From the NCBI GenBank assembly GCA_964016885.1, contig OZ024740.1, positions 366,916,001 through 366,980,000 of the forward strand: 64,000 nucleotides of DNA. Reading direction: 5' to 3'. The position numbers and the translations under genes are program-made. The notes beneath the pieces are model-generated. The model was not told where the DNA came from and searched no databases. It saw only the letters and a program-made list of their open reading frames with translations. Positions within the stretch are counted from its first letter, which is position 1, and the number at the start of each line of letters is the position of its first letter. Shown in pieces: positions 1 through 29,549 of the stretch. This DNA comes from Eledone cirrhosa (Eukaryota).

Positions 1-1208
1 CTAACTCATCGATTTATTGAACATTTTCACTGATTCTGTTTTTAAACGTCATATATACATATATGCATATGTATTATATGCATACACTCTTACAGATGCA
101 CACCCTGGCATATGTATTTTACGCTTTTTTTACCAACCAGTATAGCATGTTTTTATTAATTCTTGAAATGCACTTTTTTATTTATCTCAAGAACTCTTAC
201 CACATTTTTCCAGGCAATTTTAGATAAAAAAGGAAACCTTTCACTGCTTTGTAATATTTCCTCCTTACCCACCATTATTACCCTCACAAATACGAGTAGT
301 ATAATTGCCACTATTAATACTGTTATTTATTGTAATATTTGCTCTTGATGTAATTTTTATTTTCTTTAAAACATTGATTTTCCAGTTATTCACCATTAAT
401 TTCTGTGTCATTCACTCCCAGGGCGCATGGCAACACTTGCTACTCTCTTTCAACGAAATGATTGTTACCTTTTCGATCCCTTCTTTAATTATACATTAAA
501 ATTAACTCTTCTTTGAACACTTTCTTTAAAACAAAAGAAAAAGAAAAGAGAAATTCCACTTCAAGTATTTTATCATGTCAGTATTGTTGCAAGCCGAGTT
601 CGGCTGCGGCGACATTTGAACTCTGAATTTAAAAAAACGGGGAAGAAAAAGAATGAAAAGAAATTAAACAAATATCTTGAATGGGAATTAGGACGATAAC
701 TATTCTGTGAAGCAATACAGAATAAGTTTTATAAGATAATTTACAGGAAAACAAAAAAACGCAGATATCAATAAAGATATCGTGATTGTTGCTTTCCGTC
801 TGTAACTTATGTATGAAAAGCTTACGATAGTCCTAATATCCGAAATTTTACTCATTCCGCGTTAACGCTAGATTAATCAAAACGTACTAAATTGTCCTCA
901 TAGACGGACGGTGATAAAAACAATCGAAGTTTTGTAGAAAGTAGCCGATGTCCAGGTGTATAGAAAGAAATGTTGCACTTTAAGTGTGATTACCCACCAT
1001 TGTTGTTAAACTTTCTATTTATTTTTTTCTTCTTTTTCAGTCATAGACTTTAGTTTTCTTATAATAGATTTCTATTTATCTTTTTCTTCTTTACTATGAC
1101 TGATGCGACATGTTTACTTGAATTATCTATCATCATAAGAACTTAATTTTGTAGACTTTCTTTTACTTTTTTAACTTTTCTTGATCACCTTTTCTTTTAG
1201 AATGTCGC

Positions 1209-1548
<340 letters not shown>

Positions 1549-2494
1549 TTTTTTCTGTTGTCTAGTTTCATTTACACATAAGAAATTATTTCCTCACTAA
1601 AGTATAATCTAATTTGCATTGGGCAATTTCTTTTCTTGTATTTTTTTTATTTGTATTTATAGTCATATTATAGACATTGCTGCAAACTTTGAGATAACGA
1701 GGGTGAATATTGGCTGGAATTGAATCATGCTTAGTTAAAGATATGTAGGAGGCAGGCAATGAAGTAGAAAGCTACAAAAAAAAAAAAGAAAGAAAGACCC
1801 ACAACAAAAAAAACGAATTCATTGTAAAGCAACAAAATATGCAAATTGACATTAAGATAGTTAAGTCTTTTGTGCTCTTGCTTGTTTAGTAATGTACTTG
1901 ATATAAACAGATATTTTATTTATCCTCTCACTATTTCTTTCGTGACTAGTTATTATGAATAAGAGATAAGAATAGAAAGTAAAAGAAAAAGTACTAAGAA
2001 GGCAAGATAAAGGAAAAAATTAAAAATATATATAGAAAATCGGGGACAAAAATTTCTAAGAAAATATCAAATAACCAAAAAGACTTTCATAACCAATTAT
2101 GGAGATGTAAATTTGAAATTAGTGCCGTGTTATAATTCAATGTGAGCATTATTTGATAGTCCACAATACTACCTCATCAAGTAATATTTTTCACTTCCAC
2201 AGGATTTGCTATCTGTTCTATTTTGCTATTATTGTATTATTTATTTTGGTTGCTGGAGTTGGATGAACTAAAGGAATGAAAAGTAGTCAATCGGCAATAA
2301 AGGAAATAAATAACATAAAAATGAATGAAATCAACAATAGAAAGAATAATGCATATACGTCAATCTTTTGCGCTATTTTATAAATATAGTTTCAATACTA
2401 CTTTTAGTTTTGTTTAATGTTGTTGGCATCGTTTCGTTTTGTTGTTGTTATTGTACCAGTTGTTCTTGTATACAGTGCTTGTGTTTATTTACAG

Positions 2495-18351
<15,857 letters not shown>

Positions 18352-18461
18352 GTGAACTAATTAAACAACTTAAAAAGAAACAGTATAAATATATTAAAAA
18401 TATATAGATAGTTCAAAGGTAAGTAATTCACTAATTCTCGGTGGAAATATCTTAGCATTAG

Positions 18462-18610
18462 TGTGTGGTAAATTGACAGAATGGTTAGAAAGTCAGGCAT
18501 GTTGTCCTGCGGTATATTTGTTTGGCTTATTGCATTTAGAGTTCAAATTCCACCCAGTTTAAGTTTTATTTTCATGCCTTCGAGGTCGATAAATAAATTA
18601 CCTATCTAGC
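18462..18610 (+). mobile_element. Diverged SINE family A copy
   Basis: GAGTTCAAATTCC...CCTTCGAGGTCGATAAATAAATTACC. Confidence 0.7.
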
Positions 18611-19648
18611 GCAGTGAACTCGTGGAAATCTTTGAGTGTCTTTGAATTCAAATCATGTCGTAATTTACTTGGACGGGAGACTTAATCCGTCTCCCATTAA
18701 AACCTACATGGCCTCTGGGTGTCTTTAGCACAGTGCATTCTGTTGCAACTATTTTGGTTAGGCCTCTGATATGAAGTTACCTTTCTCCCTTCTTCAAACT
18801 AGTCTTAGGGAGCCTGAAAATAAATGGTTATGGACGTTGTAGGCTCTCCTGAATAAGTGATTGATAAAATGTGTATTTCCGACTGTTATATGTATTTACT
18901 TGTGAATCTGGTGGCTTTCAGAGCTAATATAGACCAGACTCAGATCAAGACTAAATCAAGCTCGTTCATATCTAGTAATCTACGTTATTTCTATGACGAA
19001 AACACTTTTTTATGTACAATTTACGCTTATGGAATGCTCCGTTGAAAGCGTCTTAATGAATCAAACCTTGAGGAGACGTGAAAGTAGTTCATTACTCAGT
19101 TCTCAGCCAAGTCCACAATAATCTTTATTATCAAGGTTTCTGTACGCCCCGTTTAAGTTACATGTAACAGCTTCATTACACATTAATCTCATCTTGTCCA
19201 GTATTATACCACAAGGGAAAGATATTAATTCAATAACAAAACTATTTGTTAGCGTCCAAATATAACTCTCAAATATACTGGTAAATTTAATTTGATATGA
19301 CATATAATGTTAATGCCGACAATGGAGTTAAGATTGGTTATTTACACTATTAAACTATAATTGGTTATTTACAATATCAAACAGAAAATGAAAATAAACG
19401 GCATAAAAAGAAAATCCATACAAGTATGGATACAGTCAATTGAATTGATTTGATTTCCTTATATTTACTTGCTATTATATGCAACTACAATGACAGATGT
19501 TTATCTTTAACTCTTTGACAGAAATGCAGAATAGTGTTCTTATTAAAAGCAGATTAAAGTGGCAGTTTGCTTAGTATATAATCAATGCGTTTCTATTCCA
19601 TTTGCAAAGATTTATCAAAGGTGATAAATTAAATTTTTTCTATTTCAG

Positions 19649-20600
19649 AAATCTTTAACGTTTGAGTGTGACCTGCTTTTTCTTGTCAAGACAAGTATAC
19701 TTACCAAATTCGAATCAACTGATGTCCAGCTGTCAATACCCTGTTGGACAGTAAGTTACATACCTTGACCTCAGAACAAACTGACCAACTCTCTGATCTC
19801 TGTCTTCCTTCCCCCTTACATGCCCACATCCTGCTGAACAGCGACTTCTAAGACACACTGAAGAAAATCTGGGAAACAAAATAAAAATAAGATAAATAAA
19901 CGGCCACCATCATGGAAAGTAACTATAAATTGATACGCCAAAAATAACACCAACTATAACAGAAATTGAACTTGACTGGTTAGCAACCTAAATATTGATA
20001 CAAGTTTATATGAAAATAAGAAAAGTAATATTGAAATTGAACAAAATCACGCCTATTAGTCAGGTGACCTAGTCTATTTATTTTCCTTTATTTTTTAACA
20101 TCTTGTCGCTATTTTCAGCAGCAATTTTGATGCCGTTCAGGAAACTTCGTACCATCACATTTGTTGAAAGATGTCGTTCAACGTTTTTTTTCTCCATATT
20201 TGTTGTCGTCAATTATAACAGATCAGTTTCTATTGTAAGGCATAACAAATATTAAGTGAACTTTAATATTCATAATAAAACGAAAGAACACAATTAGCTA
20301 GAGTTCCTTCATTTTCTTTTTCCCTCACTGATGGAAGCGTTATGAAAGAAAAATATTTATACCAACAACAACAGTACTAAACAACAAGTCATTGATGAAC
20401 ACTTAAATATTTCATCTGAAATGAAACATTCAGAAAAATAAAATCTATTTATTGTGTGTATGTAAGAGGTAAAAATAATGTTCTCCTTGTTGTAGATTGT
20501 TGTTTAGAAAACCGTCAATGAGAGGAAAAGAAAAGGAACTTCTCTTTTTATGTGTATTTTCTTCAAACTAAATAAACAGTGTGACCTATTCCCCTATCTC
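19649..20600 (+). other. TnT: Probable non-coding terminal (3'-UTR) exon of TnT
   Basis: Strong acceptor ttttttctatttcAG at 19648, repeat-free sequence, AATAAA near 20274, 20437 and 20571, then a GT/T-rich stretch. Confidence 0.55.
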
Positions 20601-20760
20601 AGACTGTTGTCTTGGTTTTTTATCCTGTTCTTCCAAATGATATTGAATCTAACAAGAATTGATTATGTATAAAAAGAAAATGTACACGCTCGCACGCGCG
20701 CGCACACACACACACACGCCACACACACACACATATACGTGTGTATGTGTGTATATATGA

Positions 20761-20892
20761 GCGCAAGGATGGCTGATTGGTATATTGTTGGGTTGTATCC
20801 AGCAGTGCAGCATTTGGTGTACGTCTCTTCTACAATAGCTACCCGTTAACTAACGTATTGTAAATGAAAATTGGTAGTCGGAAACTGTGGAA
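20761..20892 (+). mobile_element. Second tRNA-derived SINE family (octopus CORE-type), degenerate; another copy at about 16560-16690
   Basis: GCGCAAGGATGGCTGATTGGTA...TCTTCTACAATAGC...TTGGTAGTCGGAAACTG resembles the abundant octopus SINE as I recall it. Confidence 0.6.
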
Positions 20893-21029
20893 CACAGGGC
20901 TCCTAGATGTGTTCAGCTGAACTGCAGCGCCACCGTTACTAAGTGGGTCTATTGTAATTGGAACAAGACAATTCGCCGGGATTAGCGAGCCCGATATTAA
21001 AATACACACTAATGCTAGTTTGTAGCCTT

Positions 21030-21545
21030 CATATAACGATGACTTTGTTTTACGTCTTGCTCAAGAAAATATGATGGAGTTAATTTCTAGGATCTCGTAT
21101 TATCTATTTGAAGCAACCAGGAGAAGCGCAAATCTCTCCAATGCCCAAATTTGTAGAGATGACGCTCTAGTAATTTTAGGTAATATGAAAGGTAAACTCT
21201 TGAGTAATTTTAGGAACATCACAAGCTTTCAAGAAGTTTAGCTGAATATAACTATCGCAGTTTTGAAGAGTTTAACTGACATACACGTATGAGAGTTAAC
21301 CATTTTGAAACTACTTTAAAACTCAAGAAAGGTGCGCTCAGCCTATATAAAATATCCATTGAGGAAATCCTCTATATATGTTGGCATACCAATCACCCAT
21401 AAGGTAAAATTATAAATTCAGTTGCTGGAGTTTGTAGAAAATGTTCAAATCCATCTACAAATACTGTTATGTTAGATAGTAACGCACATCGTTACATTGT
21501 GGCACTGACGAGGATTAGATTTACTGAGATGTTAGTATATATTTA
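21030..21545 (+). pseudogene. Degenerate Penelope-like element reverse transcriptase fragment
   Basis: Broken translation CRDDALVILGNMKG...LNITI...VNHFETTLKLKKG...LYICWHTNHP...SNPSTN...YIVAL..IRFTEMLVY aligns by eye to the Penelope RT/thumb pattern YRDD...LKIT...VNFLDVTLNL...LYI...SNHP. Confidence 0.8.
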
Positions 21546-22479
21546 ACTGCACAGTCAGGGAGAGAAGGGCGTTGCCCATGAAACCGTATTTTCTGGGAAC
21601 GTTAAAGACTGTTAGGAGAGAGAGAGAGAGAGAGAGAGAGAGTGAGAGAGAGGGAGTTGTTTTCAAACGGGAGCCCTAGCTCAAATACTTACAACAGCGC
21701 GAACTCCGCTCAAGATCAAGGACGCAAAAAGCTGGAACAAGTATTACAAAGTTTATCGTTTGATGCTCTATATATTCCGTTAATCCACCACCCTTGATTA
21801 GTGCTTTACCTTATTTCGAGAAGGCTGAAAGGCAAAGTTAGCTTCGTCGATATCTGGATTCAGAACATACACACAAAAAAAAACAAAAAAAAAAACAAAC
21901 AACAAGAATACCCCGAGGAATTTTGTCCACGCTTAATCCACTAACTCCATTTCCCTAACTAAGGCTGTTCCCCATGCTAAGGCACCACCCATTTTTTGAA
22001 ATGTATATAGTATACTAAGAATTATCATATATACATTAAATTAGCCGCTGACGGGTTGTACAAAAAACCCCAACAAACTAAGCATAGGAATGGTCTATGA
22101 CCAATGTTCCATGTAGGGAATCATTTTAATATGCCACAAATCGAGATTCCTACTTAATAGGCAGTGATATGGGTACACAGACATGTGATATACACCACTA
22201 AACGATCAAAGGGTCCGGAAACTCGCTGTCCCACCTTTCTGGCACCGAATAATTGTACATATCCACAAACAATAAGTTGTCACACAATGGGATGAACACT
22301 TATACAGTTAGGAAACATGTGTAATTAAACTCTGACAATAAAATATCAACTAGGTTAAATCAATACACTTTAATCACGATTACACAGATCTCTTTGCCAT
22401 TAATTTAGTTGAGATGAGACAGTAAGAAATAGATCAGGTGATATTTTATCTAAAAGGAGGGACGAGTCTGCGCTTCATC

Positions 22480-23280
22480 TTCATGTATTGGCTACTTTTC
22501 AAAGAATGCATCAACTATCGTTTGGGGATTCTTGAATCTTCTCTCAAGCAAAAATTCATAATAGCAGCATATAATATCTAAGAAAACCCCTCTTTGCCTT
22601 CCCACAACTCACCCACTCACGGTAATTCTCAGTTAACTGCTTCAAGATTTTCTTAATCTTGGTACTGCAGTTAGTGAGGAATTCAATGGTAAAAAATCTT
22701 TCAATCGTAAACATTCTTTCTGGTATGTGCAGTGAGTTCTATTTTTGTATTTATGGATGCTTTTATACTGGAAAAGGGTGTTCATAATAGAAAGTCCATT
22801 ATTAGAACAGAAGTCTCTTCATTCGTATTTAGATCGGGATCGCCGCTACTTCTAATCACTCCTTTCCATGTCAGGTCGTCAGCTCTAACATGCATTGAAG
22901 TGTCCATGAGGATAAATGACTCAGTCTTAACTACATCTAACGCTGCAGTGATTTCATCAAGGAAGGATTGGTATTAAGCTTCTCTGTTTGATCCATACAA
23001 TTGTATCACCCGTAGAGAATTTCTTTCAGCCTAAGCTTCAAGAGGAAAATCGTACCTCCCAATAGTATCCAGTCCAGAACACATTCTGATAGTTTGGATC
23101 TTGTAAGTATCCTAACTCCCGCCTGTGCAGTCATTTCTGGCACCAACACTATATTGTGGAGCTTTTATCCTCCATCCAAATATACAGTACCAGAGCCACA
23201 TGTGAAGCGTTCTCTATTATCATTCCCACACCAGCTCTTTTGGGTCTTCCAGCACCCATTTTGGGAATTACTGGTATAAT
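22480..23280 (-). pseudogene. Highly decayed LINE endonuclease-region fragment
   Basis: Minus-strand peptide traces such as LRVIQLYGS and SVLIMDF resemble APE motifs; many stops. Confidence 0.35.
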
Positions 23281-23364
23281 TCGATAATACAATTACTAGA
23301 CTGAAATAAGTACTGAACGACTAAAACAAGTAAAACGGTAAACATCACACCAACCATCAATTTG

Positions 23365-23540
23365 AGGGGATTGGAAAGTCGATTAAATCGACCCTAGTAA
23401 TTGACTGGTACCTTATTCTATCGACTTCGAAAGGATCGCAGTTAAATTGACTTTGACGGAGTTTGAACTCAGAATGTAAAGGGCCGTAACTACTTGCCAC
23501 AGAGCATTTTGTACAACATTTTACCGAAGCTACCAATCAG
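23365..23540 (-). mobile_element. SINE family A copy, reverse
   Basis: GGTACCTTATTCTATCGAC...TTTGAACTCAGAATGTAAAGGGCCGTAACT. Confidence 0.8.
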
Positions 23541-24987
23541 CATTTTTTACTGTTGGAAAGTGGAGTTAATTACCACAAAACATTTAATGTGGTGTTAGAC
23601 TTTCGCTGTATGCAATACATATTTTGTGATGTGGCACAAGAGAAATTAGGGAAGTAATTAAACCACATTCTATAACATTGACTCTAGTATAGAACGGGTA
23701 TTGTTTACTAGATTTGGTGTGTAGATAAAAAACATACTCTTAGTCAAAGTATTTTAAACTAAAACAAAACACCTTTGAGATACGGTTTTATTGTGTTTAA
23801 CAGATGTTGATCAAGTATTTATCGAGATAAGATAACGCTTAATTACTAACAACCTTTACAAAATAAACTGTTACTTATTCTCAACAGCTATTCCCAACTG
23901 AGATAATGTAAAATAGATAGGGTTCTGTCTAGAAACATATGTAGCTGAAGAGGAATGTAAAAGTATCCGTATCACAATACTGTACCAAATTGGTCATTTC
24001 ACCGACGCAACTTAGAACAGAAAAGATAAAATTAAACAATGATGTTCTATAGCATTTTGTTAACTCATTGCTCGCTCTCATACAGATGACGAATATTGTG
24101 GAGGAAATACGTAATATTGAGTGTTTTTCGTGAGATTACATGGCAGTAGGAGAGGAGAATCAAAGGTTTCATCTGAGAGAGAAAAAATTGTTTTATAGTT
24201 CCTAATTCCCTTTCTCAGGCAAAATGACATTCGCTCCTAAAATATCAGATTCCTCTACTTCACACGGCAAACGAACTCATCACACGCAAAACATGAACAT
24301 ATAGTATCTTATCGAGACAAACAACATCGTTTCCTAAAACCTTTTACCTTTTAAACGTCTTCTTCCATAATACAGTATTTTTTCTTGATCACACACCAAT
24401 GTATCTGGAATTTAAAGATAGGAAAATGGTATGTTGTCAGCGTCACGATTCTCTAAAATATATTTATTATTAAAGAGAAATATATATTTTAAAAATGGGC
24501 AGTGTGAAACACCTTCGTAGCCTCGGATCGTTGAGATATTAGCTCTTGTTCAAAGTATTTTGTAAATAAACAATGAGGTTTTATATTGAATTTATACTCC
24601 TAAATATGAATAATAATTTCTCTAGTAGTTAATTGATCATTTTCTCAGTGGTCTGTTTCATTTAACTGAAATGAAACAGACTGAAACAGAATTTGAAACT
24701 GCTTCGCTGACGTAGATTCCATCATAAATGATTATCCAACGGCTATTATAGCAACAGAAAGTTGAATATGTGTGGTCTGCAGTAATGTGCAAATGTTCGG
24801 AACTATGAATGTTAAATGAAAGCTGTGCATCGTTTATAGACTGTGCGGAGAATTATCGTCTACGAAAGCAGAAAATGTGCTTCAGGCGATTTTGTTCTAA
24901 TATATATACTACGAATAAAAAAGCATGAAAAAACCCAAAACAAACAAAAACAAGCAAACAAACAGACAGACACCCATACGCTGATGT

Positions 24988-25375
24988 TTGGGTGCTTATA
25001 TATACATAATATATATTGCATATAATTATACCTCTCTCTCTTTCTCTATATATATTATTTGCTCAACGGGGTTCCACAACCGGACGGTTGTTCATATATT
25101 GTCAAAGTTCTTTCGTCACACATTCTGTGACCTCTTCATAAACAAGATGGCGTAGGACAGAACAAAGGAGAGGCACAAAACAAAGAAAAGAATCCCCAGT
25201 CACTGAAGAGGTCACAGACGAAAGAACTTTGACAATAGAACTTTGTGACGAAAGAACTTTGACAATATATGAACAACCGTCCGGTTGTGGAACCCCGTTG
25301 AGCAAATAATATATATAGAGAAAGAGAGAGAGGTATAATTATATGCGATATATATTATGTACATATAAGCACCCA

Positions 25376-25376
<1 letters not shown>
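24988..25376. mobile_element. Penelope-type inverted pseudo-LTR element, hammerhead family H1; arms 24988-25120 and 25244-25376
   Basis: 133-bp near-perfect inverted repeat enclosing a hammerhead motif; homologous to 27790-28000 and 63327-63795. Confidence 0.8.
25199..25263 (+). ncRNA. Minimal type I hammerhead ribozyme (H1) with internal duplication
   Basis: GTCA-CTGAAGA-G-GTC(ACA)GAC-GAAA-G(AA)C-TT-TGAC, followed by a second TGTGAC-GAAA-GAAC-TT-TGAC. Confidence 0.7.
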
Positions 25377-25432
<56 letters not shown>

Positions 25433-25470
25433 TGTGGTTGTGTATATGGATGTGTAAGTATATATATATA

Positions 25471-25551
25471 TAGGGTGCATCAGAAAAACCTCCCTCCCAT
25501 ATTTTACACGGTCAACCCTTAAAATGTGGGAGGTATTTTTGTCGCAGCCTG
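25471..25551. mobile_element. Tc1/mariner-type MITE in a (TA)n tract
   Basis: Imperfect TIRs TAGGGTGCATCAGAAAAACCTCCC / GGGAGGTATTTTTGTCGCAGCCTG with TA flanks. Confidence 0.6.
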
Positions 25552-26110
25552 TATATATATATATATGTATGCATATGTATGTATATGTAAGTGTGTGTGT
25601 CAGTATGTGCGTATGTGTGCGCATATTGTTAGTAATAGAAGATGGGAAAGAGAAGACGAATGTGAAAATCTCTTATTGTCTGTCCATTACATACCTCCTC
25701 GGATCTGCATGGTGAAATTTAGGCTACACAGTTCTAAGTTAGACTACAAAAAATCTTGGATCAGTTTTAGTGGAGTTCCAGAAACGTAGCATGCAGCCGA
25801 CCACTGCTTAGAAACGCCCTGGCGCCTGTCAAACTGTTTTAGACATGGACATGTAGCGTGGAATGACTGTTGTGACAATGTTGAAAAAATACACTCTGAC
25901 GGAAAAATCATTGCACTAGCGGTGATAAAGAGCTGGGTCTTAAACATGCATAAAAGTTCCCGAAAGAATGGGAAGAGTGAGACCTGTACGTCTTCAGACC
26001 AAGCATGCCACTAGGATTTAGCTTAAGGTCAACGTAGTGCTACTCCTCTACCACTTTAAAATATCCCCCAACTACGCACGTCCTCACCCCTGACTAAGAT
26101 GCATAATAAT

Positions 26111-26300
26111 TGTTTATACTTTTGGCACAAGGCCACCAATTACACAGTACATTACTGCTACTTTATTTTATCGACCCCGTAAGGATGAAAGGCAAAGTTA
26201 ACCTTGGCGGGATTTGAACTCAGACCATAAAGGGGCATAACTCTATGCTGCAAAGCATGGCGTCCGACCTTCTACCGATACTGCCAATCCCCCGCCCTAT
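26111..26300 (-). mobile_element. SINE family A copy with 13-bp TSD
   Basis: TSD GATGCATAATAAT at 26098-26110 and 26301-26313. Confidence 0.88.
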
Positions 26301-26313
26301 GATGCATAATAAT

Positions 26314-26880
26314 GATTTCTTTATTTGTCACATACGGCTCACATTAAAGAGATAATATAGACGGTACAGGACGATACAGTATGTTTTTTGTCTAAAATAG
26401 AATTTATAACAGAGATTAAAAAAATAAACATAAAAAAAACATTAATTCCGCAAAGGTGAGGAAACACCTAGGGTTATTCGTGGAGAAAGCCCACAAAAGC
26501 TATGGTCACCCTGATCGCTGGGGTAAACAGCCGCGTCTAGTTATCCTCCTTCTATATTACAGGTACACACTCAGCGCAGGCCCATTCACACGAGCCATTC
26601 TTGCCTCTAGCACTCACCCTTCAACAAACTGGTTGGAAAGCAGCACTTCCTTCTCCACCCTGATTTTCCTTTTCAGGTGTAAACTGAAAAAGTTAACGAG
26701 AGCATCGCCGAAGAGGAGAGTGCCCGTTTTCAACCCTTTCCGACGCGTCCAGCATACGACCCCTTTCACCATGCCCACCAGGCAGATAAAAAGTGCCTGC
26801 CCTTCCTGGTTAAAGGAAGGTGGTAGGGCAATCTTCAGAAACTGCCTTGACAGCAACACAAAGTATTTGGTCGTTATCAA
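26314..26880 (-). mobile_element. 3' fragment of a Tx1 element related to the intact intronic copy
   Basis: LPPSFNQEGQALFICLVGMVKGVVCWTRRKGLK...KRKIRVEKEVL aligns with the ORF2 C-terminus PPPLFKNEGEAVFLCVIAMAKEVVWWTRLKGLR...GRRIRMEREVL; AATAAA at its 3' end. Confidence 0.9.
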
Positions 26881-26931
26881 GTAGGAGTGAGTAGAATTTT
26901 TTTCCATAGAAAACTATCTATTTCTTTATGT

Positions 26932-27386
26932 ATGTATGGTCGGATCGTTGCCGGCTTAACCAAAAACCCAACCAAGCTTGCTTGGCGAGGAGGGTGGATT
27001 TGGACACCATGTGGGATGAAAAAGACAAACATCAAAGGGCGGAGAAAATAAGGAGAGTCAACGGCCATCCAATAAAATATTATTTTGTAGAGCGTGAGAT
27101 TCTTAGTCTTCATTAAGCCATTTCTCCAGGAGAAGGTCACTCTGATATAGAACCTGCAGCTTCGTTTGTATCCAATAACCAGTACTTCTTTTGGAATAAA
27201 TGCATTCAGTGTTCAGCGAGTGGGATTGGCCTAATCCAAAGCCTTTCTTTAACTTAAAAAAGCTTCCAGCACATGGCATTTCTGGCCTTAGGCAAGTCCC
27301 TAGCAGGATGATTAAAAGCCACGTCCGTGATGCTGGTGCTTAATTATCAAGTGATGACATTGTTCGAAATCGAGATGCAGCCATTA
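26932..27386 (+). mobile_element. Diverged non-autonomous bipartite RTE element
   Basis: Homologous to 39707-40248 and 62159-62767; short TATG repeats at both ends. Confidence 0.7.
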
Positions 27387-27789
27387 TGTATGTATATTCC
27401 TACATATCAGCAGCCTATCTAACTATTTAGCTACCTACCTGTCTGTCTCCCAACCTACTTACACACCTGTCTATCTGTCAGATATCTATTTATGAATAGT
27501 TACACCTGACCATCGCAATTATCGTTATTGAGCGTATATTCCACCATGGACTAACAAAGCGTATTTGGCAGAGTATACATGACGTCGAATACATAAAGCT
27601 AATTACATCATCCTTCACTGATTAGTATATTGTATGCATAACCCTGACACACACTCACAAACATCACAACTAGTAATTAAGGACAAAATGAAGTTATACA
27701 GAGACACACAAAAACAAACTAATGAAACAAACCAGACACACACACACACAGATAGAACAAGCAACCAAGTAATGACAAGTAAATAAACA

Positions 27790-28000
27790 CATGAATAAAT
27801 AAATAAATAAACACACACACCCGGATGTAACGCACGCGCAAAATAAGAACCTAGCATACAACACACATAAAACAAGATGGTGTAGGACATATCAATGAGA
27901 GACACAAAACAAGAAATCAGTCACTGAGGAGATTACAGAATGTGTGACAAAAGAGCTTTGACAATATATAAACATCCATCCGGTTATTGAAACAACCAAC
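27790..28000 (+). mobile_element. H1 family copy; hammerhead at 27920-27962 has GAAA changed to AAAA
   Basis: GTCA-CTGAGGA-G-ATTACA(GAATG)TGTGAC-AAAA-GAGC-TT-TGAC. Confidence 0.7.
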
Positions 28001-28103
28001 CGGAAATTCATAATAAATTGAAGTGAAAATCATCAGGTTGCGCGTGTTTTTATTGGCAGCATGACCCTCCTAAAGTATAACAATATTATATATATATATA
28101 TAT

Positions 28104-28801
28104 AGTATAAAAGAGAAAATACAGGTAAGCATTAAGAGAAGGATTTTATCCAGGTATTTACGACCGTTTCATTGGTAAGTGCAACCTTATATTGCTATAT
28201 ATATATATATTTATCTCTTTATATCCCCCCCTCTCTACCTCTCTATCCATCCCTCCCACTATTATCTATTTAATTCTCTTTAACTCACTACACTCCACGA
28301 CATGATGTCTGCTATCAAAACTGACCAAAGAATCCTTCCACCTCTACCCCTCCCTCCATCTCAGTTTGTCATTCTACTTCCTACCTCTTCCCCCTTCCTC
28401 TCTCTATATACTATGCCGTCTGTCCCCTCACCTCCTGATTCCTCTCTCTCTATACTAGTAAATACAATTCCAAATAAATGTTTTTCTCTATATATTAAGA
28501 ATTATTTCAAGAGTAACTTACTATTTTGAAAATTTGGACTGTGAACAACAATTATAATTGAGTGGCTGCTATTTGCAGGATAGCAATATAAGGTTGCACT
28601 TACCAATGAAACGGTCGTAAATACCTGGATAAAATCCTTCTCTTAATGCTTACCTGTGTTTTCTCTTTTATACTTTATACTCCAAGATTGAACGGAATTC
28701 TTACAAACTTGTGGAGTTACCCCTAACCGTACGTTGAAACCATCCATGAAACTGGCTTTCTTAACCAAAAACTGGATCACAATAAGCAATTTTTTGCTTC
28801 T

Positions 28802-28806
<5 letters not shown>
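28104..28806. mobile_element. (TA)n-bounded element with 95-bp inverted repeats (28104-28198 / 28580-28674), Penelope pLTR-like
   Basis: Near-perfect inverted arms containing GAAACGGTCGTA (3' half of a minimal hammerhead); CT-rich spacer. Confidence 0.65.
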
Positions 28807-28849
<43 letters not shown>

Positions 28850-28901
28850 AGTAAGTATGTTTTGAAACAGTGAGCAGCTTTGAAATTAGAAAATAGAATA
28901 G

Positions 28902-29083
28902 CTTTCACCGTATTTTTTACTAAAGGAATTTTAGCCTGATAATGGGGTTTAGAACCTTCAGATAAATGGAAAAAGATGAGTATTGACGTACATGTACGTC
29001 AATACTCATCTTTTCCCATTTATCTGAGGGTTCTAAACCCCATTACAAGGCTAAAATTCCTTTAGTCAAAAATACGGTGAAAG
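28902..29083. repeat. 182-bp spacerless palindrome
   Basis: Centre GACGTACA|TGTACGTC at 28992/28993; 91-bp arms with a few mismatches. Confidence 0.92.
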
Positions 29084-29103
29084 ATGTATATATATATATA
29101 TAA

Positions 29104-29495
29104 ATGATAATAATGGAGCTGCGGCGTTGCAAATGGGTTACATATGAAAAAGTAAGTCCTTCAACAGTGGCCTTCCAACCGTCGTAGGCATTTCATCGCT
29201 TTAAAGGCCATATACCTCAGGTTGGTGCGAGCAACGGCTAAAAAAAGGCGTTGGGACACGTAAATAAAGGGGACGCTAGGGTAAACAAACAAAATGGTTT
29301 AAGCAACAGAAAGTGAGAAGAAAGAGACAAGTCCCAGATTTCTATGAATATAAATTCGGTGAAATCGTGAACGAGAGAATAAAGACCATCAAACCTGGTT
29401 GAAATGTGAGCAAGGAAGGAATTTCGCACAGGTCTAACGGGGGGAAGAAGGGGTCTGGTCTGCGAATTCGGTAAACATAAGTTCTGTGAAGTCGC

Positions 29496-29549
<54 letters not shown>

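Noticed and set aside
19724-19750. 8-bp hairpin in the putative TnT 3' UTR
   Set aside because: Too short to distinguish from chance without conservation data.
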